DNA of 63,095 bases, the filler included, from Dugesia japonica (Eukaryota), in the NCBI GenBank assembly GCA_001938525.1. It is 5 parts of 5 records of this genome, joined end to end, with 100 filler letters (N's around TTAATTAATTAA, not from the genome) between each part and the next. Parts side by side here need not be neighbours in the genome. Positions count along the whole stretch, not along the records: positions 1 to 16,931 come from MQRL01609157.1; 4 more parts are not named here. The stretch is one strand, 5' to 3'. How positions within the stretch are numbered: the stretch's first letter is position 1; the number at the start of each line of letters is the position of its first letter. The notes beneath the pieces were generated by a model, which ran no database searches, was not told the DNA's origin, and was given only the letters and a program-made list of their open reading frames with translations. Shown here piece by piece: positions 1 through 12,900 of this stretch. Made by a program: the position numbers and the translations under genes.

Positions 1-1996
1 TTTAAAAAAGTAAAACTTGTTTTTTAATACTTAAGGCGACTATATAGTTTATTTATAAATATATCATTTTATATGCTAAACATATTAAGATATAAGTAAA
101 CAAGTATAACGATATTTATAAGTAAAATTGGATTTCGTTTCTTTAAAATAAAATAATAAAGCTCACGTAAAATCGTTGATTTGCCTTTGCAAAATTCCAA
201 AGACACCTCAACAGTTAAATAAGGATTTGTGGCAATTATAAAACAAAAATTAATCACAATGTACTATCGTTTCACCAAGAAGCCTTTTGTGTCCAAACAT
301 TTCAGCATGATATTATAACCGTTATGGAGTTGGTAATTAAAATTACCAATCTTATTGTAGCAAAAGCGTTTCATCACTGTCAATTTAGGAAGTTAATAAA
401 TGAAATTGATAGTAAATATCAGGACATTCTTCTTCACAACAAAGTTCGTTGGCTATCACGCAGTGAAGTATTAAAACCTTTTGGTTCTTGTCTCAACGAA
501 ATAAAATTATTTCTTGAAACAAAAAATAATCAATACTAAGAATTGACAGTGGATCACTGGTTGCAAAAATTATATTTCATGACTGATATAACTACTCAAT
601 TAAATATTCTCAACCGCAAATTACAAGTCAAAGGAACCCCAACGATTTCGATGCTCGAAAAAGTTTCTTGCTTTGAAAATAAATTACTTCTCTTTCATGA
701 AGATTTAGAGTAAGGATCTTTAATTAATTTTCCGGAATTACATAAATATCGCCAAAAAAGCAATGCAATTATTAGCACTAACTATTTTAGGACTGCAAAA
801 ATAAATATGAAGGAAACTTTTATGCGAAGATTTCAAGATTTTAAAAATAACAAAGAAACCATAGTATTTATTTAAAATCCGCTCAATACAATAGTTGAAA
901 AGTTAAATTGTTCTCCATTTGATATTAATAAGGGGAATTATCAAATTCAATTGATTGATTTCAAGAATAAATCATTATGGAGCTCTTTATTTGTAAATCT
1001 TTTCAACTAAATTAAAGATTTAGAGAGGGGAAAATGTAACTTAATTTCACAACACCAGTGGAGTGAGCTTAATGATTTACATAAAGCAGATATTATTATT
1101 TTTATTACCTGAAATAGCCTCCCGAACTCCTACTACGAGTTGAAAAAATTTGCATTTTACTATTCTGACAATAGTGTACCTATATATGTGAACAGTCATT
1201 TTCCTCAAATATATAAAGAGCTATATGAGAAACCAATTAACTGATGATAATTTAAAGGCGCCTTTAAAATTAAAAATCACAAGCTTCACATCAAAATTTC
1301 AGAAGTTGTCCAAAGAATTGCAAATTCAATGTTCACATTAGTTAAAAAACAAATTGTATAAATTGAGTGTTTTATGTAAAAGTAATAGGCTATTACGGAC
1401 TTCAGATATAGGTTTTTATATAATATCCGGTCAATTGTAATTTTTTTAAAAATATACTGTTCTGTCATATGTATGTATGTACGTACTTGTTTAAATCCAA
1501 GCATTATGTGGTTGTATTTGATGTTGTTTATGTTTTATAATTCTCTACCTTTATGCTTATACAAATATAATGTAGTTTTAAAAGGTTTAGTTTATTTATG
1601 CCTATTGTATGTGATATCAGAGAATTTTAATACCTAGCTATCATTGTTTAAAAACACAATATTCACAATCCATTTATGGAAACTTCATAGGCCTTGTATG
1701 TATTATACTGGTTATTTTCTTTTAAAAAATTGGGCTTAAGTAAGCAGTTAACTCCTTACCTCGATCAGTTATATAAAGATCCTCCTCTAAATTTATAATA
1801 TTAACAATAAAAAAAAATAAAATTTACATTAGTTTTATTCAGTTAATCTTATTTATTAATTTAAATTATAAATACATAAAAAATGCAATAAATTAATTTA
1901 AATGACTCATTATGAAAATATTTTGTGGCTCACCAAAGTATTCAAATTTTTTTTCTCGAATTTGGCTCTTCCGATTCAAAAGGTTGCCAACCCCTG
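1..1996 (+). mobile_element. hAT (Buster/SPIN-like) DNA transposon, 3' part, with degraded transposase (~270-1340)
   Basis: ORF 324-539 reads HHCQFRKLINEIDSKYQDILLHNKVRWLSRSEVL, the hAT 'H.EVRWLSRG.VL' motif. Stop-ridden frames continue to a hAT C-terminal region near 1340. 3' TIR GGTTGCCAACCCCTG ends at 1996 and is followed by CACTAGGC, which fits the Buster nnnTAnnn target. Confidence 0.85.
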
Positions 1997-2547
1997 CACT
2001 AGGCCACTTCCCTCCCAGCAGGTATAATGGCGGATGATTTCATTGGCTTTATAATTTAAAAACGGCTGATGATTTAGTTGGTCGAATTTCGGTAAGAAAA
2101 TATTTTCGATTTTGGTTCGAGATGGTCGAAAAATTGCTAGAGAAGGTCAAATTTTGAATGTTTTACTTGAAATTCTTTTGGTCAGAAATGGTTGTATGGT
2201 GTCAAATTTGATACGAACCGTCTTAGAATTATAAAGTGAACATTTTTTTATAGGGTTTGCTGTATAAAAATGTTTGATTCTATCAGAAAAGGTACTAACA
2301 CACTGGGTAACTTTGAAATTGGCCTTTAAAATTTCTCAGTCAAAACTGATTGTATTGCATTGAAAATGACACTATTGAATTTAAAATAAATTTCTACCTA
2401 TACAATTATTAATTGTCAAATAATTAATTATAAATTATAATTATAATTAAATTAATAATAATTTTTAAAATATTTTTATATCATTCAACTCAAAATTAAA
2501 AACTCTATAAGAATCTAATTTTATATTTTTCTAAACATGCTTCTTTC

Positions 2548-2654
2548 TTTTAATGATAAATTACTAAAATAATATTTATTCAAATAAAACAGGTTCAAAT
2601 TATCCTCTTCTAAAATCTGAATATTTAAACACTTCATTTTTATATTATATCACA
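2548..2654 (-). repeat. 3' LTR of Gypsy A (107 bp)
   Basis: Near-identical to 6856-6963 (4 substitutions and 1 T indel by eye). PPT at 2655-2665. Confidence 0.95.
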
Positions 2655-5600
2655 TCCCTCTTTTTATCATTCAAATTCACGGAATCTTGTTGGTTTACGT
2701 CTTTCTCCTGTAGGATTTCTTCTTCTTTGCCTCTCGTTTGTTAATTGTTCCGGTTTGACTATTGAAATTCTTTTTGATTGGCTTTTTATTTTTGTGTTCT
2801 TAAGACTCTTTCTCCTTTCTCCTCTAGCTTTTCTATTGCAAATCTTTTCATTTGATTAACATTACGAACTAGCAATTTCCCTTCGTAACTCATTCTTATA
2901 TTATTGTATGGTAATATTTCTGTAACTTGACATGGTCCTTTATATCGCTTCTTTAACATTCCTTTCTTTTCTGATTTGAACATTGCCATATAGCCAATTT
3001 TTATTTGACGGTTTTTATTAATAATTGCATTCTCTTTTGCTTTCAAATTAAAATTTATTCTTTCTAAATTTACACTAATAGTCTCTAAATATTGATCCAG
3101 ATTTTTCGAGTTGATTTTTTTGTTATTTAAATAAGCTTGAAATTGTTTGGCAAAAGCTATTTTAAAGGTAGAATAATTAGTTGTTTCTTTTTTTGTTATT
3201 CTCATACCCATTTCGACGAATGGAATGGCATCTATCCAATTTGTGAGAAATTTCAAGCTGGTTGCATACATTTTATCTTTTGCAGTTTAAAAATTCTTTC
3301 TACCAAACCGTTTCCTTGATGATAGTATGGGCTTGCAAAGGTTTGATTTATTTTAAGAACTTTACAAAATTCTTCCATGCAATTGTTTTTGAACTGACTT
3401 TCATTATCGGAGTGAATAATTTTTAGCATTCTAAAGATAGTGATAAATCTTTTAAATAATTTATTTATTACTTGTTTCGATTTTATTCTTTTAATATGGA
3501 TTAACATGGTATATCTTGAGAAGACATCTAGCACACCTAAAATATATCTATTGACTTTACATTATGGTAATGGTCCGGCGATATCTATGCATATTTTTTC
3601 AAATGCCTCATTAGCTACAAAGTCTTTCTTAGGAATGCAGTTAGAAATTATCCCATTCTTTTGATTTATGCATGGAATGCACTTATCAATAAAGGATTTT
3701 ATCTATTTACTCATATTCTTCCAGTCATAATAATTCTGAATTAATTCCTTTGTCTTTAAAAATCCTGGATGGCCCATGTTGTTATAATAATATTCCATTA
3801 TTTCCTTTTTTCTTTGAAAAATAATTCTTCCTTATAATAATTCCTTAAAATAATAATTCCTTACGAGTAATACAATATTTCAATTCTGAATTTGTCAGCT
3901 TCTTCGACGTATATGCGATAACATTTTNATCTCCATTTTGAACTTGGCTTAAGATTCCTCCAACATGACTGTGACTTGCATCTGTATCTAATATGAACAT
4001 ACCTTCGTTCAGAGGATAAACTAGAACTGAGGCTGTTGTTAGAAGTTCCTGTATCTTTTTAAATGCTTCATTTCCTTCAGCATCTTAAATTTTTTGTTTT
4101 TTGCGGTATTTCCCATTTACTTTTTGTTTGTAAAAAAAACACCCTGATTCTGACCAATTTCGAACTTTTCTATCTTTATTGGATCTGTTTTTATACCTTC
4201 TGTTGTAATTCTATGCCCCAGATATGAAACTTCCTTTATCAAAAAATTACATTTTTCTGGTTTTAATTTTATTCCTATTCTTCCATTCTAGGTAAAACTA
4301 CTTCTAATCAACTGAGATGCTGTTCATACGAGTTTCCAAATATCAATACATCATCCAGAAAAATAAGACATTGTTCCCCATTTTCATTTTGCAATATCAG
4401 ATGCATAAGTCGTTGAAATGTTGCTGGCGCTGAACTCAGGCCAAATGGTATTCTATTAAATTTATACTGCCCTCTCCTAGTAGAGAATGCTGTTTTATAA
4501 TCATCCGCCTCATTTACTTTGACATTATAATATCCACTAGATAAGTCTAAAACGCTAAATATCTTTGCTCTACCAAATGCATAAAAAAGCTGAGAAGTTT
4601 CTGGAATTGGTAATATTAGTCTGATTGTGACTAAGTATAACTGCCAATAATCGATACATAATCTTATGTCACCATTGGCTTTAGTGATACATACTAACGG
4701 TGCATTCCACGGGCTTTTACTTTTCCTGATTATCTCTTTTTTTCAATAAATCTGCAACTAAATTATCAACTTTATCCTCAAGTCCTATCGGCGCTTCCTC
4801 ATTAGTGGCAATGTAATGCTTTAGTTTTTTATAATGACCAATATCCGTGTCGCATTTACTAAATATATTGGCATATTTTAATATTAATCTCTTAACCTTT
4901 TTTATGTTCTAAAGGAATGTCATCTTCTTTTTCGGTTCGATCATTCAATCCGTTTACATGAGACACCTCTAATTTGTCTGTATAAACATTTCTGAAGAAC
5001 TCACTTTTTCCTTCCCAGATTTCTAAGCTACCCATTCTTGAGCCTTTATAAATTTTCTTTCGGAATCTGATAAATTGTAAAGTCTTATAGGAATCTTTCC
5101 GTCTTTGTCAACAGACACTAATTAGCTGGCAAGATATCTTAATTTGCTAGCTTATCTTTATAACCTACAAAAATTTCTTCTTTAATTTTGAATTCATCAC
5201 AGTCAATTGATCCACGTACAAAATATTCTTTATTCTTTTCTAAAACTACAGTTTTGTCCAAAATGATACGTAAATAGCATTATTGAGCCTCGTTTTTTAT
5301 AGCACCTGAATAGTGACTCCTAAGATTGGTGCTTGTTAGTTTTCCGCTCCTTCATCACAAAATTTTGATACAAATGGTACAGCTTAATTCCTGATATATA
5401 TAAAATCATCGTGTGGCACAATTTGTATTCTGTGTGCTTTCATCGATTTAATTCCAATGATAATCTTTGGGATAACGTTTTCCACCACTTTAAATTCTAG
5501 TGCCAACTCTTTTTCTCCAATTACTAGTTCAACTTTCTCAACCCCCACGATTTTCATAGGCGATCCGTTTGCACAGTAAATCTTTTCTGTTCTTTTGAAA

Positions 5601-6840
5601 AATTTAATCTGCTTGTTACTTTTTCTCAATTCACATAATAAATTATAATTCATTACATTTGGTTCTGCCCCTCTATCTTTTAGTGTCGCTACCCATTATT
5701 GTTTTATTCTCGGTTGAACCAATGGCTTATTTTGAACGAATTTTGAGTGATTCTTTGAAATCAGTGGTTTTGCTTTATTTTTAAACTTTTGCATGGCTCC
5801 TTGACCGTTGATGTATTGAGCTGAATTCATAACTTCTTTAGTATAACAATTATTTTGTATTTCGCGTTTTTCTTAATTATTTTGTTCAATGCATGATTGT
5901 TCTCCATGCTGGTCATTTCTGATCTCGTTAAAGTTGATCTGATTTCATTGAACTCCATATTTTCACTATCATTTTCATTCATATATCTGACTTTTCCATA
6001 TTTCTTGTTCTGCAAAATCGATCTAAATAGCCAACCTTTTTGCATTTCTTACACGCAATGGGCTTTTACAATCTCTCACAAAATGTCCAAAATTGTCACA
6101 ATCAAAACATTTAATATCTTTAATTTGGATATTTCTATCCCGATTTTCATTATTAATCCTTGTGTTTTTCACTCCAGATCTATTTCATCCGTTCTTGATA
6201 TCTTTAGACATTCTGACTATCATTTGTTCCAATTTTGCCATCTTTTGTTTTAGTGAACGTACTTCGTCTAATAAGTCATGTTGTGTTTTAATTTGTCTCA
6301 GATTTTCCTTAATTTCGTTTTTTATTTCTTTTTTTTTACAAAGTTTTATACGTCTTTTAATGATTCTGGCTTAAGAAATTGAACTGCTCTTGCCACTTTT
6401 TTTATCGTTCAATCCAAATAAAACAGCAAATATCAAAGTATTTTCTCTATCCTCGCTGATCAATTCTGGTTGACTTTTAAATAAATAAACTCTCAATTTC
6501 GTAATAAATTCTATTAAAGAGATGTCATTTTGCTTAATTTGTAAAGGTTCGGTAATAGGAAAAATCCTCAAATCTTTAACTTTGCATAATTCTACAAATT
6601 TATTACTTAACAAAGTAAAATCATCCTTAACATTCTTGTAATCTGGTAAAGAAAATAATTTATATTGGGCATCTTGCTCTAAGGAATTAATAAAATATCT
6701 AATTTTTTCATTACCATTTTCGATCTTTAAATTAAGAATGTGGTTCTCAAATTCTTGTAGGTGTTTTGGAGAATCATCTAATATGAAATTTTGTCAGCTT
6801 CTGAACCATGTTGAATAAATTTGATAAATTATACTAAATT

Positions 6841-6855
6841 CTGCTCCTGACGCCA
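6841..6855 (-). promoter_or_regulatory. Primer-binding site of Gypsy A, tRNA-Leu-like
   Basis: TGGCGTCAGGAGCAG directly after the LTR; resembles the tRNA-Leu PBS TGGTGTCAGGAGTGG. Confidence 0.75.
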
Positions 6856-6963
6856 TGTTAATGATAAATTACTAAAATAATATTTATACAAATAAAACAG
6901 GTTCAAATTATTCTCTTCTAAAATTTGAATATTTAAACACTTCATTTTTTATATTATATCACA
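6856..6963 (-). repeat. 5' LTR of Gypsy A (108 bp, TG...CA)
   Basis: TGTGATAT...CATTAACA on the minus strand, immediately followed by the PBS. Confidence 0.95.
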
Positions 6964-7029
6964 CTTTCTCGAGGGAAAGAAACTAGCACACTGGGCCACT
7001 TTGAAATTGGCCTTTAAATTTCATTAGTA

Positions 7030-7620
7030 ATAGATGATCTCCAAAGATTTGCTCCATATACAATGACGAAATGTCTTTACTAACTGCATAGGCTACAGTT
7101 TCTTGGTTCTTATTGGATAAATAGCATTTTGCTTACCAAGTTCAATTTGATGACCTGTCAATGATGATTCACTTATGATTCAACTCGAACACGTCTAAAT
7201 ATCAATTTTGAATCTTGTAATTTACATTTTGGCTCATCATTTACAGATTCAAAACACATTATTAGGTTTGCACTTTTCAATCAAACTTTTACATTGACAC
7301 CAAGAATAAGATATTTTAGTTGATCCATGAAATTCAGCTATAACGGTCCACAAAGAGACAATGCTTTAGATGATTTAATAGATAATTTTCTATATTTTTC
7401 TTTCCATATTCCTTTAAAGCAAGACAAAAATTTGGATTTTTTTCCTTCCAGTTTGTTGATTTTCCAAACCTCAGCGAGAGGTGTGTTTTCATTGAAAGCA
7501 ATGGTGTAGTCCCAAATAGAAATGAAAACAGTAGTATCAGCATTGGAGTGATGATTAGCATTAGCCTCAATTTGAGAGTCGCTGAACCAAAAATTTTAGA
7601 TGTCACAATTTTTATCTGGT
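7030..7620 (-). pseudogene. Maverick/Polinton (adintovirus-type) major capsid protein-like fragment, degraded
   Basis: Manual minus-strand translation: SSKALSLCGPL*LNFMDQLKYLILGVNVKV*LKSANLIMCF...KCKLQDSKLIFRRVRVES.../TGHQIELGKQNAIYPI/ETVAYAVSKDISSLYMEQIFG. This follows the Maverick MCP pattern 'GPLH.D.FNQ.KYL..GV....L...Y...I.DA.L.VRRV.V...H...L.K.NA.YPI....SF.I......DN.F.G'. Contains stops and frameshifts. Confidence 0.7.
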
Positions 7621-9137
7621 GGCTTTGTCACAGCTAGCTGACATGAGCTAGTAGTGATGCCACATTGTCAATCTAAATTAATAACATTCTTATAGTGGAT
7701 ATTGATATAAGTAGAAGTTTTCATCTTATTACGGCTTCTGGTACGAATAACTATACAGCTATCATCAAGCTTGTAGTTGTTGATATCATTATCAGAATAA
7801 TCATCAGTTGTTTTTGCATTATGTTGATCAGCAGAGTAATCATCAGTTGATGATTCTTCATTATTGATAGTTTCATTGGAGGCTTCAATGATAATTGGAG
7901 ACAAAGAAGTTGAAATAGAACTGTTATTAGTTTTAGAAAAGTTTTCTAGGATAAAGAGATCAGAGATTTCTTCATTAAGAAGTTGTTCGAAAGGTGTATT
8001 AATTGAAGATTCGTTATGATTGAGTAAAGTGTTTAAGTCAGAAAGTTCATTAGGTACAATAGGCGAGTTTTAAGTTGTTTAGGATTTAATGGAAGAGTCT
8101 TTGAGTAAGTTGATGAATTTTTCCAGGTGTTTGGTTGGCGAATCTTCATTTTGAGAGCTAGTTGAGATGGAATGATTGTATATTTTAGAGTCTATAATAT
8201 AGAGAGTTTGACATTCAGATTTTTGTTATAGATAATATCTTGAATAGCAGGTTGTAGGAAATAGTTTTTTTCTGATTTGAGAAAGTTTTTGATGGCTTCT
8301 TTTGCCAGAAGCGTCAGAGATTTTATACCTTATAAGTCACAGCATGTTTTCATAAATCTGAGGTTTCCAGTCTAGCTGCAGCTTTATCAGGTCTAATGAG
8401 TATATTTGAGCAGTTGTTGAAAAATTTATTATTCTTAAAGTTGATAAATTGGAGCAGGCCTGAATCGAAATACTGGAAGCTGGTCTTCATCTGCAATCAC
8501 ATGTATTCGATTATATCGGTTCTGGATAGCTTTTTCAATTTTAGCCTCTAAGTTTATTGTTTGCCTGTACGGTTTTACTTTGATTGGTTAACCACTTGTG
8601 ATAATTTTGTAGTTTATTGGATGTGCATGTCCTACATCTCATTTATCTGCTAAAGAACATCTTCATTTCAAATTATTTTCAATAACCGTCTTTATATAAT
8701 TCAATAATTCAATAACCGTCTTCTTCTTTATATCTTCAGAAAACTTAAGGCTCTTGTCAATCCTTTTTTATTTTGCCTCCCAATATTTTCTTCAATATAA
8801 CTGTTAAGTAAATCTTCAATTGGTAATTCATTTTGCAAAGCACTACTAATATTTTGAGACATCATTTATTTTTCTACTACAGCACAAGTTTCATAATATA
8901 AATAATATTGAAATACAAGCATTTCAATATTAATATTTATATAACTCAATTTCTATTGATTGAAATTATTAATTAATAACTATTTCCTCATATCTCCCTT
9001 CTTAAGAAACTTTCTAAGTTTTTCCACATTCTTTTCTAATCGCTGTCCATTTTCTCCTTGTACTGCATATCGCCTTTCATGAATTTTCTCAATTATTCGA
9101 TAAGATCCTTCAAATCTGTCTTGAGTTTTATTTCTAG

Positions 9138-9992
9138 TGTTGGATATTACAACTCAACAAAAGATTTTATGGTTCGTATTTAATATTGATAACAATAAAA
9201 ATATAGTTGAGATTTTATGGGTGTTAAATTTTATCCCTGTATGTATGTTTGTACTATATTATATAAGCAATATATGACAAAATAAATAAAGTGATATATT
9301 GTGTTGCCTTATACAAATAAATAAAGTAAGCCCTTTAAAAATACCTTTATTATTTTTGGTATATAACAAATAGGTGTACACTAGTTCTAGAATCAGACTT
9401 AGCACGCTAAATTTAATTATATGAACGACTGCCGCCCTTAGAGGTTGGAGTGTTCAATAATTGAATGTCTGATTTACAATAAAACTAATCAGTATTTATA
9501 CTGATTTTACACAGGTAGGTTACATACACCTACATAATATTTTTCAAAAAATAAATTTATATTTATAATAAAATTTTCACACATTAAAACAGTTCACTAC
9601 TAATAATTGTTAAAATTAATAAATTTTTATATACAATTACAACTTTACACTTTAATTCAATAAAAATAAATAATGTCAGATAAAATATTAAATAAATAAT
9701 GTCAGATAAAATATTAAATAAATAATGTCAGATAAAATTATTCATAAAAATAAGCAATGTCATAAAATTCAAGATACACGAAAATCAAATAATATATTGG
9801 AGTCCGATAAATAATCACAAATATTGAGTCTATTGGAAATTGGGTGATTGAATCTGTCTGAGAACTTAACTTGCTGATTGAGGACTTGGACTTGATGATT
9901 GGGGATTTTGACTTGATGATTTGCTTGTGATCTGTATGTTGTGCATGCTATGTTGTTTTATGTTTGCGTGTTCTGCATGCTGTAACTCAACA
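9138..9992. mobile_element. 855-bp solo-LTR-like insertion in the integrase of Gypsy B
   Basis: Termini TGTTGGATATTACA...TGTAACTCAACA (TG...CA, short inverted ends). TSD CTAG at 9134-9137 and 9993-9996. Removing it restores the reading KVEARNKTQDRFEGSY. Confidence 0.85.
9664..9769. repeat. Tandem 26-bp repeat (AAATAAATAATGTCAGATAAAATATT, 3 copies plus a degenerate 4th)
   Basis: Seen directly, inside the solo-LTR. Confidence 0.9.
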
Positions 9993-12900
9993 CTAGCTTC
10001 TACTTTGATGAGTACTAAATCGCCCACTTTGAATTCTCTTTTAGTAATCACGTCTGACTCGTACCACTTTTCTCAGCTAATTTTCTTTCCAAAAACGATC
10101 TTAGCCGGACTCTTTCTTGTCATCTTCTGTTTTGTTGCGTTCATTGTAAATTCTATTTCCGGTAAAAGATATGCCAAATCTGTTGTTTTTCTTTCCTGAA
10201 GTGTTGCATTAATTAAATCTCAATTTGTCCTGAACTGTGTCTCAGTTTGTCCGTTTGCATTATGATGATAGGAGCTAAAAAAGCAAAGTTTAATATCTAA
10301 CTTCAGTGCAAACTCTCTCATAACTCTTAATTCAAAAGCTTTTCCACAATCTAATCTTATCTCTGTCGGACATCCAAATCTCAGTATTCACGTTTCAAAA
10401 ATAGCTTTTCGTATTGTTTCCTCGTCTTGTCTAGGCAATGGTATAAGAACCAAATATTTACTGTACTGGTCGATTATTTCAAGAATGCATTTTTTTCGTC
10501 CACTTGTTTCCCGCATTGGCCAACATAAATTTGTGAATATCACTTCAAATAAATTGGTAGTTTCTAAACTCTTTGTCTTCTCTTTAGTTGCTGTTGTCAC
10601 TACTTTGGTCTTCTGAGAAATTTCACAACTATGAACAATCTTCTATATTTGGCTCCACTTATTCTTTGCAATATATTTGTTTATCACACCTTTTAAACTC
10701 CTGCATGACATAAAAATTTATGTATTTCTTCTATTGTTTCATGTAGTTTGTCATCCGGAACTTTCATTTTCTTGATCAAATCTCTTTCCTCAGAAATATT
10801 TAAATGATCTTCTTTTTTCTTTTTGCTTATGTTCAGTATTCTCATTTTCATCTTCCTTTTCTTGGCATCTTCATGTGATATTTTACACTATACACATACC
10901 TCACATCTTGGTCTAGATAACAGATTTGCATTAGCATGTTGAATTCCTTTTCTATATTCCAAAACCATGTCTAAACTGCGCAAATAATTAATCCATGTCT
11001 GGAATTGCGACGTAATTGGTTTCTTCGTCGTCATCATGAAAGTTAGAGCTTTGTGATCTGTTCTAAGAGTAATTCTACACCGTACAAGTAATGTTTGAAA
11101 TGCATACAGAAATACTAAACAGTCAATAACTCCTTTCGTGTAATGCAGTATCCCTTTTCATGACTCGTCATTGAGTGTGATCAATAGGCAACAACTCTTT
11201 CTCTTCCTTTTTTTTTTATCTCTTTGTGACAATACGGCTCCAATTGTATCAAAACTGGCATCCGTATCTAATATAAAGTTTTTGTTTATGTCCTGAAAAC
11301 ACAATTTTGGTGCAGTCATTAGAGATTTTTTCACACCTTCAAAAGTATCGTTTTTTTCATTTGTCCATTCTAATTTTTTGTTGCTTGGTCCGCTACACAA
11401 CTGATCTAATGTCTTTGATTTTCTTGCATAGTTTTCTATAAACTTCATGTTATAATTACAAATTCACAAGAAACTTCGTAACTTCTTCACACAGTTAGGT
11501 TTGCCAAATATTCATATAACTTCTATTTTAGACCGATCAGTTCTAACACCATTCCTGCTAATTATGTGTCCAAGAAACTCAATTTCGCTTTTAAGAAACT
11601 GGCACTTTTCTAGATTAATTCTTAGACCAGTCTTCATTATTTCCATCAATACTCTTTCAATTACTTCATAGTGTTGATCTTTATTGTTCNNNNNNNNNNN
11701 NNNNNNATCAAGATAAACCATGGCTCCATTGATTCTGCCTACCACTTTTGTCATCATCTCTTGAAATGTCCCTGGTGCCACTGCGATGCCAAATAGCATT
11801 ATATTAAAACAATATTGTCCATGCTTCGTTGAAAACACCGTTTGTTCTAGAGATTCTTCTTCGAGCTCTGCCTGATAGTATGCATTTCCCAAATCTATTG
11901 AACTGAAATATTTGGCTCCATCTAACTTGTCCAGCATTTNATCGAAATTAAGCATAGAAAAGGCTTGTATTTTCGTTACTGCATTTAATTGTCTGAAATC
12001 CAAACATATTCTTATGTCCTTCTTTTCTTTTTTTCAAACACAGATCAGTGGGGTATTTCATGGAGGGTTGCATTTCCGGATAATATTATTCTCGAAAAGG
12101 TTTTGGATAGCTTCTTCAATTTTAGATTCTAAGTTCATTGGTTGTCTATANAGTTTTACATTGATTGGTTCACCACTTGTGATTATTTTGTGTCTTGTCA
12201 GATGTGTGCGTCCTACATCCCATTTTTCTGCAATAAAAGCATCTTCCTTACTTTCAATTATTTTCAATAACCGTTGATCCTCTTTAATCTTAAAAATATT
12301 TAAGGCTTTGTCAATCGCTATCCATTTTTAATTTGTCTTCCAAATTTCGCTTCAATATTGCAAATGTAATTTTCGACTTTTTCATCCATTTTGCTATCGA
12401 CCTTTCGAATAAGCTGGTATCCAAAAATCTTCTGCATATATATTCCTTCTATCAGATCTGGTGATACTATTTCAGCAACTAAGAAAGTAATCTCTTTGCA
12501 AACTTCATCAATTATCACTCCGGTTCTAACTTTCCCAACAATTTCAAGTGTACCATTATTTGCACAACGCATTCTGTCATCACTCATTTCTAAATTTACT
12601 TCTCGTAATTTTTTTAAAAAACCTCAAACTCATAACGTTAATTCTAGCCCCTGTATCCACTAAACATTTTACTTTATTTCATTTGATTTCATATCGTAAC
12701 ACATGGTCTGCCTTGTAACTTATGGTACAAAATATCTTTTTTCTTTTTTGCTTCAACTATTCTAATCCATTCTACTTTTCTATCATTCGCAAAACTTTCT
12801 GCTTAAGAACCTATATACTTTTTCTGTAACTTTTCCTATATCATCCCACTTTTCGACCCCTTGAGGATAGTTACTAACTTCATTTAACAATAGATGGCTC

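Larger units (their letters stand above)
2548..6963 (-). mobile_element. Gypsy/Ty3 LTR retrotransposon A: both ends present, coding region decayed (gag-PR-RT-partial RNase H-IN)
   Basis: Direct LTRs at 2548-2654 and 6856-6963. TSD CTTTC at 2543-2547 and 6964-6968. PBS TGGCGTCAGGAG and PPT AAAAAGAGGGA abut the LTRs. Minus-strand protease (5384-5653), RT (PFGLSSAPATFQ; IFLDDVLIFG ~4340-4450), RNase H start (DASHSHVGGILSQ) and integrase (HSDNESQF, SPYYHQGNGLVER, YKGP), in Gypsy order. Confidence 0.95.

Noticed and set aside
5897-6374. Plus-strand hydrophobic ORFs (also 3137-3664, 11912-12663, 13227-13577)
   Set aside because: Antisense shadows of A-rich Gypsy gag/pol sequence.
9866-10051. Integrase with a novel Q/S-rich C-terminal tail
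   Set aside because: The tail is read-through into the solo-LTR insertion; the real C-terminus resumes at 9133.
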